This document shows positions 58,491 through 64,000 of a DNA stretch of 64,000 nucleotides, in pieces; the stretch's first letter is position 1, and the number at the start of each line of letters is the position of its first letter. This DNA is from Candidatus Bipolaricaulota bacterium (lineage in GTDB: Bacteria > Bipolaricaulota > Bipolaricaulia > UBA7950 > UBA9294): positions 24,078-88,077 of the forward strand of contig JAPLGD010000068.1 in the NCBI GenBank assembly GCA_026390345.1, read 5' to 3'. Under the pieces are notes generated by a model. The model was not told the origin of the DNA. It ran no database searches and saw only the letters and a program-made list of their open reading frames with translations. Both the position numbers and the translations under genes were made by a program.

Positions 58491-58586
58491 ACCCTCACTC
58501 CTTCCTTCTAGCCTGCCACGCTACGACAGCGCCAGGGCGCCGACAAGAAAAGGATCGCCGCCCGCCGTGTCCCCGCCGTCTCGCCT

Positions 58587-58829
58587 CACGGCACGCCGTC
58601 CACTTGCCGCTCCGTTCGCGCTTGCCGCCCCGCCCACGGCACGCCGTCCACTTGCCGCTCCGTTCGCGTTTGCCGCCCGGCACCCCGTCCGTTTGCCGCT
58701 CGGCCCTCCGTGCACGCTTGCCGCTCGGCCCACCGTCCACGCTTGCCGCCCCGCCCGCCGTCCACGTTTGCGGTAGCGCCCTCCGTCCGCGTTTGCGCCC
58801 TTGCCAGACCGCGAGCGGGCCTGTACGGT
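58587..58829 (+). repeat. Second array of the same repeat family
   Basis: 48-bp-period duplication at 58587/58635, then TTGC cores at 58693, 58718, 58743, 58768 and 58793 (25-bp period); ends in TTGCCA-17-TACGGT. Confidence 0.85.
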
Positions 58830-58835
58830 GATCGC

Positions 58836-59609
58836 ATGGGCCTCCTCAAGCGCCACCGCCGCGAGCGGATCCGACGCCGTCCGTTTCCTCCCGCCTGGCA
58901 GGCGATCCTCGAGCGCACGTTCCCCCGCCACCTGCGCCTCTCCCCCGAGGATCGAAAGGAACTCGAGGGGCACATCCAGGTCTTCCTCGCCGAGAAGCGA
59001 TTTGAGGGCGCCGCAGGGCTTGCGATCACCGACGAAATCCGCGTGACCATCGCCGCGCAGGCCTGCTTCCTTCTCCTGCACCGAGACACGGACTTCTACC
59101 CGGGTCTCTACTCGATCATCGTCTACCCCGAGGAGTACGTGGCCAGCTACCATCTCCGGGACGAGAGAGGATTCGTCGAGGAAGGACCGCAAGTCCGGCT
59201 CGGAGAGGCGAGCGGCCGGGGCGCGGTGGTCTTGTCGTGGGACGGCGCGCTGCGCGGCGCGTCGGACGTTGAGGACTGCCACAACGTCGTCTTCCACGAG
59301 TTCGCCCACCAACTCGACGCCGAGAGCGGTAGCTTCGACGGTGCACCGCTGCTCCCCGAGCGGTCGATGTACCTCGCCTGGGCCCGCACCCTGAGCGAGG
59401 AGTGGCACGCGCTTCGAGCCCGCGCGAGCCGCCATGAGCCCACCGACCTCGACCCGTACGGGGCCACGAACCCGGCCGAGTTCTTCGCCGTCGTCACCGA
59501 GTGCTTTTTCCAGCGTCCGCACCAACTCCGGGAAACCCACCCGAAGCTCTACGAAGAGCTCGAGCGTTTCTATCGCCAGGATCCGACGTCCTCGATGCCG
59601 TCGACGTGA
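58836..59609 (+). CDS. Zinc-dependent peptidase, MtfA/M90 family
   Basis: IAAQAC, NVVFHEFAHQLD, YGATNPAEFFAV. Confidence 0.9.
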   Translation: MGLLKRHRRERIRRRPFPPAWQAILERTFPRHLRLSPEDRKELEGHIQVFLAEKRFEGAAGLAITDEIRVTIAAQACFLLLHRDTDFYPGLYSIIVYPEEYVASYHLRDERGFVEEGPQVRLGEASGRGAVVLSWDGALRGASDVEDCHNVVFHEFAHQLDAESGSFDGAPLLPERSMYLAWARTLSEEWHALRARASRHEPTDLDPYGATNPAEFFAVVTECFFQRPHQLRETHPKLYEELERFYRQDPTSSMPST

Positions 59610-59664
59610 TTCCGGCAGCGCCGGGAGCTTGTCGCTCGAGTCTTCATTCGCTAGAATGAACAGC

Positions 59665-59925
59665 GTGTGGATCGACGCGGAAGTTGACGCAATGGCGCAG
59701 TTCCGAGCCGGGCTCACGTACCCGATCTTGCGAGCGATTCGCTGGGACGGGCGCCGGATCGACTTCATCTCCCGCGCCCGGGTGGAGAGGACGACGCGCT
59801 CGCTTCTCTACCGCTTCGACGAGGGCACCACACGCTACGCGATTCGGTTCGAGCCCGATTGCCAGAAGTGGTTCCTCGAGGCGATCGACGACTCCGGCCT
59901 CGTGAACGACGTTCCCTCGTCGTAG
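59665..59925 (+). CDS. Small hypothetical beta-rich protein
   Basis: IRWDGRR...W.LE pattern. GTG 7 nt after TAGAAT (alternative ATG at 59656). Confidence 0.6.
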   Translation: MWIDAEVDAMAQFRAGLTYPILRAIRWDGRRIDFISRARVERTTRSLLYRFDEGTTRYAIRFEPDCQKWFLEAIDDSGLVNDVPSS

Positions 59926-60199
59926 GCCGGCTCCGGCCTCGTGGAGGAACTCCCCCCCCTGTAGATCGCGCTTGCCCCTCCAAGAACGAGGGGCCCGGGC
60001 GCATCGTGAAACCACCCGGACCCCCTCGTCTGTTGGCGGTGTGCTGTCCTTCTCGGACTCTGCGAGCCTAGACCGCATCCGTGAGCGGCGTGTGAACGCT
60101 CGCGGTCAGGGGTGTGTCGGCCGCGCACGGGGCACCGACCAGGAAGCGTGCACGCGGAGAGGCCAGCAACTGTGCGCGAGCCCCGGAGAAGTCAGACGC

Positions 60200-61306
60200 T
60201 CAGGCGAGAAGTTCGATGAGCTTCGACCGCGGAAGCCGGTTCAAGACTTCACAACCGGTCTCCGTCGCGACGGCCGTGTCCTCGATACGCACGCCGCCGT
60301 ACCCCGGAATGTAGATGCCCGGCTCCATGGTGACGACGGCCCCGCGCGGGACACCGGCACTCATCTGCGGGCCCATCTTCGGCTGCTCGTGAACTTCAAG
60401 GCCGACGCCGTGGCCGACGGGAGACAAGAAGACGTATTCCGCGTACGGCGACTGCTCGATGACCCGGCTGGCCGCGGCATGGACGTCGCGACCCGGGACG
60501 CCTGCCCGCAGCGCCGCCAGTCCGGCGTTGACCGCGCGGTCGACGTACGCGTAGATGTCTCGCTGCTTCTCCGTCGCCCGCCCGACGACGAACGTGCGAG
60601 TCATGTCGGAGACGTACCCATCGACGACGGCGCCGAAGTCGATGAGCAAGAAGTCGCCTTCGCGGAGGATCCTCCTTCCCAGCGCAGGGACGTAGTGCGG
60701 AAGCGCGCTGTTGGATCCTGAAGCGACAGTGGGTCCGAGCACGCCGTCGGCGCCGAGGGCCCGCATCCGAGCCGTGAGCTCCGACGCCAGATCTACCTCG
60801 CCCGCGCCGGGCCGCACCGCCGGGAGCAGCTCACCGAGCGCCCGTTCCGCGATGTCAATGGCGCGGCGCAACACCGCAAGCTCCTCCGCGTCCTTCTCGG
60901 TACGCAGCTCGCTCACGGGGTCTCCGTGCGTGATCCATTCGACCTGGGTTCGGCGGCGAAGCTCGGAGATCACGTGGTCCGTCGTCCGCCACGCGGAGTA
61001 CCCCATCCGCTCAATCTTCCGCCGGCTGAGGAGACGCGCGAGGTCGTCCAAGTAGTCCCCCTCGGCGTGCACGATCTCGACGTCCGGGACCTCGATCTTC
61101 GCCTGCTCAAGGTAGCGGGAGTCGGTCACGAGCGTCGTCTCCGCCTCCGTGACAACGAGAGCGCCCTCTCCCGTGTACCCCGTCAAGTAGCGCAAGCCGA
61201 CAAGGTCCATCCCCGCGGGCATGGTGCGGTCGAGGGAGAAGACGAGATAGGCGTCGACGCCGGCTCTCTCTAGGAGTCTCGCGCGCCGCCGTTCGTGGCT
61301 ATTCAT
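60200..61306 (-). CDS. Xaa-Pro aminopeptidase (M24)
   Basis: YLTGYTG, DSRY, DFGA, SDMTRT, GHGVGLEVHE, EPGIY, GVRIED. Confidence 0.92.
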   Translation of the reverse strand: MNSHERRRARLLERAGVDAYLVFSLDRTMPAGMDLVGLRYLTGYTGEGALVVTEAETTLVTDSRYLEQAKIEVPDVEIVHAEGDYLDDLARLLSRRKIERMGYSAWRTTDHVISELRRRTQVEWITHGDPVSELRTEKDAEELAVLRRAIDIAERALGELLPAVRPGAGEVDLASELTARMRALGADGVLGPTVASGSNSALPHYVPALGRRILREGDFLLIDFGAVVDGYVSDMTRTFVVGRATEKQRDIYAYVDRAVNAGLAALRAGVPGRDVHAAASRVIEQSPYAEYVFLSPVGHGVGLEVHEQPKMGPQMSAGVPRGAVVTMEPGIYIPGYGGVRIEDTAVATETGCEVLNRLPRSKLIELLA

Positions 61307-61491
61307 GGATGTGCCTCCTGGCTTCCGGCAAGCCTGCCGCTTGCACTCGAGGTTCGGACTCGAGCCGCCGCCTGTGAGGAGACGGACGTGATCCTGCCGC
61401 GCCGCCGTGATGCGGTCGGCGCGGCAGGATCACTTCGTCTTGGCGGCGGTGCTGCTTCCTCGTCCCGCCGAGGAAGTCGTTCGTTCTTCCC

Positions 61492-62184
61492 CTACGGCGA
61501 GACGTTCGCCCCCGGAGGCGAGCCCGCGGCCGCGAGGTAATCGGAAATGCCCTGGAGGATTCCCCGCGCGACGAGCTCCTGGTAGGCGGAGGTGACGAGC
61601 TTCGCCCGCTCCTCGGGCGCCGTGATGAACCCGACGTAGACCGCCGCCGCCGGGACTGTGAGGCCCGTGAACGCTGTCCCCTGCGCGCGAACTCCGCGCT
61701 CCTTCGCCGACGTGGATTTCACCGTCGCCTTCTCCACAGCGAGGGCCAGCGACCAAGAGGAATCCCCCGAGGCGTGTCCGGCATCGACGATCGTTTCGAT
61801 CCCAACCGCCGTCGGGCTGTCGAACGCATTCGCGTGGATCGACACGTAGAGGGTCGCGCCCTCCCTCGCCGCTGCCCCGATTCGGTTCGACGCCGTGACG
61901 TCCGTGTCCGAACTTCGCGCCAGCACCACTCGCAACCCGGCGTACTCGCTCGCGAGCGCGATCATCTTGTTCGCGATCGCAAGCGTCACGTCCTTCTCGA
62001 GGACGCTGTCGCCCTTTGACCCCGCATCGCTTCCCCCGTGCGCCGCGTCCACGATCACGATCGCCGCGGCCGCCTTCTGATTCACCGACAGGTCGCCGGA
62101 GTCATGGTGCAGCGCCCTGACTGCAATGATGACGACGACCGCCACCGCCGCCAGAATGACCGCCACCAACAAGAGTCGTTTCAT
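61492..62184 (-). CDS. N-acetylmuramoyl-L-alanine amidase-like protein (Amidase_3), catalytic Glu replaced
   Basis: DAAHGGxD, EKDVTL, SIHAN; PAAAVYVGFIT where PAxLxExGF is expected. Confidence 0.85.
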   Translation of the reverse strand: MKRLLLVAVILAAVAVVVIIAVRALHHDSGDLSVNQKAAAAIVIVDAAHGGSDAGSKGDSVLEKDVTLAIANKMIALASEYAGLRVVLARSSDTDVTASNRIGAAAREGATLYVSIHANAFDSPTAVGIETIVDAGHASGDSSWSLALAVEKATVKSTSAKERGVRAQGTAFTGLTVPAAAVYVGFITAPEERAKLVTSAYQELVARGILQGISDYLAAAGSPPGANVSP

Positions 62185-62459
62185 GCCGCGAGCCTACTCC
62201 CTCTCCCTGGCGAAAGGCTAGTCGCAAGTCCTGCCAACCTCGTCCAACGGCAAGCCCGAGGACACGAGCGCTTGGGACTGGGTCGAAGGTGACGGCTGTC
62301 TCTTGCAGGAAACCCGTGCAGCCCTTCGAGGCTCAGGAAGAATGGCCGTCGGCCACGGTAGCCACAAGTCCCCGTCCCGCACAGATACGGCCCCGCGACA
62401 CGGAGAGGACGACGTGTCGTACTGCTCTCGGCCGCGTCGACGGCTTCGCGGCCTTCATA

Positions 62460-63311
62460 TCACGTCGCGACCCTGGGATAGAGGCGCCCGGCAATGAGAA
62501 CGAAGATCCCGGTGACTCCAACGAGAACGAGCACGTCGAGCCCGAGGCCGTGGGCACTCGTCTGGCCGGGGAGCATCAGGGCGCGCAGCGCGTCGACCTC
62601 GTACGTGAGCGGGTTGCCGCGCGCGACGACCCGCAGCCACGCCGGCATGATCGCGATCGGGTAGATCGCGTTGCTCGCGAAGAAGAGCGGCATCGTCATC
62701 ACCTGGCCGATTCCCATGAACCGCTCGCGCGTCTTCACGAGGCAGGCAATGATGAGGGAGAAGGTGGAAAAGACCGCGGCTCCAAGGGTGACGACGAGCG
62801 CGACGCCAAGGAGAGCGGCAGGGCTCCAATTGATCTTGACCCCCAGCACGGCGGCGAGGGCGTACACGATCACCGCCTGGGACAGGCCGCGCACGCCGGC
62901 CGAGAGGCCCTTCCCGAGGACGATCGCCTCGCGCGGCGTCGGCGTTACGAGGAACTTGTGGACGATCCCGAGGTCGCGCTCCCAGATGATCGAGATCCCG
63001 TAGAAGATCGAGATGAACAGCACACTCTGTGCGAGGATCCCCGGGGCCATGAAGTCGAGATAGCGCAGGTCGCCGGTCGGAATGGCGCGGATCTGAGTGA
63101 ACACCTGGCCGAAGATGAGGAGCCACAGCGCAGGCTGGATGGCCCGAGTCAGGAGCTCCGTCGGATCGTGGCGCAGCTTGCGCGCCTCGAGCTCGGCGAT
63201 CACGAGCGCTTTCCGAATGAACTCGCCCGTCGCCCGAAGGGCACCCTCCCTCCGCACGGGACCTGGATCAGCCGAGTCGGCGTGCGGTACGACGTGTCCG
63301 TCGTGTGTCAC
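62460..63311 (-). CDS. ABC-2 type permease (DrrB-like)
   Basis: YLDFMAPGIL, WERDLG, FFASNAIYP, NPLTY. Confidence 0.9.
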   Translation of the reverse strand: MTHDGHVVPHADSADPGPVRREGALRATGEFIRKALVIAELEARKLRHDPTELLTRAIQPALWLLIFGQVFTQIRAIPTGDLRYLDFMAPGILAQSVLFISIFYGISIIWERDLGIVHKFLVTPTPREAIVLGKGLSAGVRGLSQAVIVYALAAVLGVKINWSPAALLGVALVVTLGAAVFSTFSLIIACLVKTRERFMGIGQVMTMPLFFASNAIYPIAIMPAWLRVVARGNPLTYEVDALRALMLPGQTSAHGLGLDVLVLVGVTGIFVLIAGRLYPRVAT

Positions 63312-64000
63312 CGTAATTCCCTCCCGATTCGAGCACATCTCCGGTGTAGTGAGCGAAGACCTCGTCCAGGGTCGCACCATTCCCGCCGATCGACTGCTTG
63401 AGCTCTGCCGGGCTTCCGGCCGCAACGACCCGTCCCCGGTGCATGATCGCGACCCGCTCGCACAGGGCGTCCGCCTCTTCCATGTAGTGGGTGGTGAGGA
63501 AGACCGTCGTCCCGTAGTCGGCGCGGAAGGGGATGATGCGCTCCCAGACGGCCTGGCGCGCCACGGGGTCGAGGCCGACCGTCGGCTCATCAAGGAAGAG
63601 AACGCGGGGCTCGTGGACCATGGCCTCGGCGATCTCGAGCCGCCGAATCATCCCGCCGGAGTACTGACGGACGAGCTTGTCCTCCGCCTCGTCGAGTCCC
63701 ATGAACGCGAGCGCATCGCACACGCGCTTCGTGCGCTGCGCACGTGAGACACCGTACAGCTTCGCGAAGATGAGCAAGTTCTCGTAGCCGGTCAGAGTTC
63801 CATCCGCCGAGAGCATCTGCGGAACGTAACCAATCGCCCGCCGCACGGCGACCGGGTGTCGGACGATGTCTGCGCCGGCCACCGTTGCGGTGCCGCTCGT
63901 CGGCGGCAGGAGCGTCGTCAGCATCTTGATCGCCGTCGTCTTCCCGGCCCCGTTGGGGCCGAGAAGTCCGAACACGGAGCCCGACTCGACCAACAGGGTG
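63268..64000 (-). CDS. ABC transporter ATP-binding protein (DrrA-like), 5' end outside window
   Basis: GPNGAGKT, YSGGM, LFLDEPT, TTHYMEEA. Confidence 0.92.
   Translation of the reverse strand, partial: TLLVESGSVFGLLGPNGAGKTTAIKMLTTLLPPTSGTATVAGADIVRHPVAVRRAIGYVPQMLSADGTLTGYENLLIFAKLYGVSRAQRTKRVCDALAFMGLDEAEDKLVRQYSGGMIRRLEIAEAMVHEPRVLFLDEPTVGLDPVARQAVWERIIPFRADYGTTVFLTTHYMEEADALCERVAIMHRGRVVAAGSPAELKQSIGGNGATLDEVFAHYTGDVLESGGNYGDTRRTRRTARRLG

Noticed and set aside
62197..62459. 260-nt intergenic region as a possible ncRNA or small gene
   Set aside because: No convincing long stems, repeats, RBS-led ORF or recognisable motif.

Overview
High-GC bacterial chromosomal window, mostly core and metabolic genes, with no recognisable mobile element, phage or CRISPR. 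Gene content and divergence tentatively suggest a deep-branching anaerobe such as Candidatus Bipolaricaulota (inference, not tested). Left to right: the end of a Cys-rich PKD-repeat protein; a lipoylation operon (free lipoyl domain-lipB-lipA-lplA-like-DUF501); ychF-tsaC; tnaA plus an EamA transporter; assorted enzymes; a PspC/DUF5668 envelope-stress trio; a divergent anaerobic purine-catabolism/molybdenum hydroxylase cluster (xdh subunits, ssnA, ygfK, thrC-like, mocA-like); a sigma-70 factor; topA; a double P-loop fusion; the tRNA(Thr,Tyr,Thr)-tuf-rpmG-tRNA-Trp-secE-nusG-rplKAJL-rpoB operon, which is not followed by rpoC; EF-G2; iorAB; two secreted metallophosphoesterases; a Na/Pi symporter; add; atl; peptidases; an amidase-like protein; and an ABC exporter. 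The most unusual signals are: (i) two related 25-bp tandem arrays in divergent intergenic regions, each ending in a sigma-70 promoter; (ii) an unannotated 46-aa ORF made of three 14-aa repeats; (iii) structured leaders upstream of tnaA and ssnA; (iv) EF-Tu with a rewritten switch I; (v) RpoB with a heavily substituted rifampicin pocket and separated from rpoC; (vi) tandem hairpins copying the 5' end of tRNA-Trp. All calls come from motif reading only; no database searches were run.
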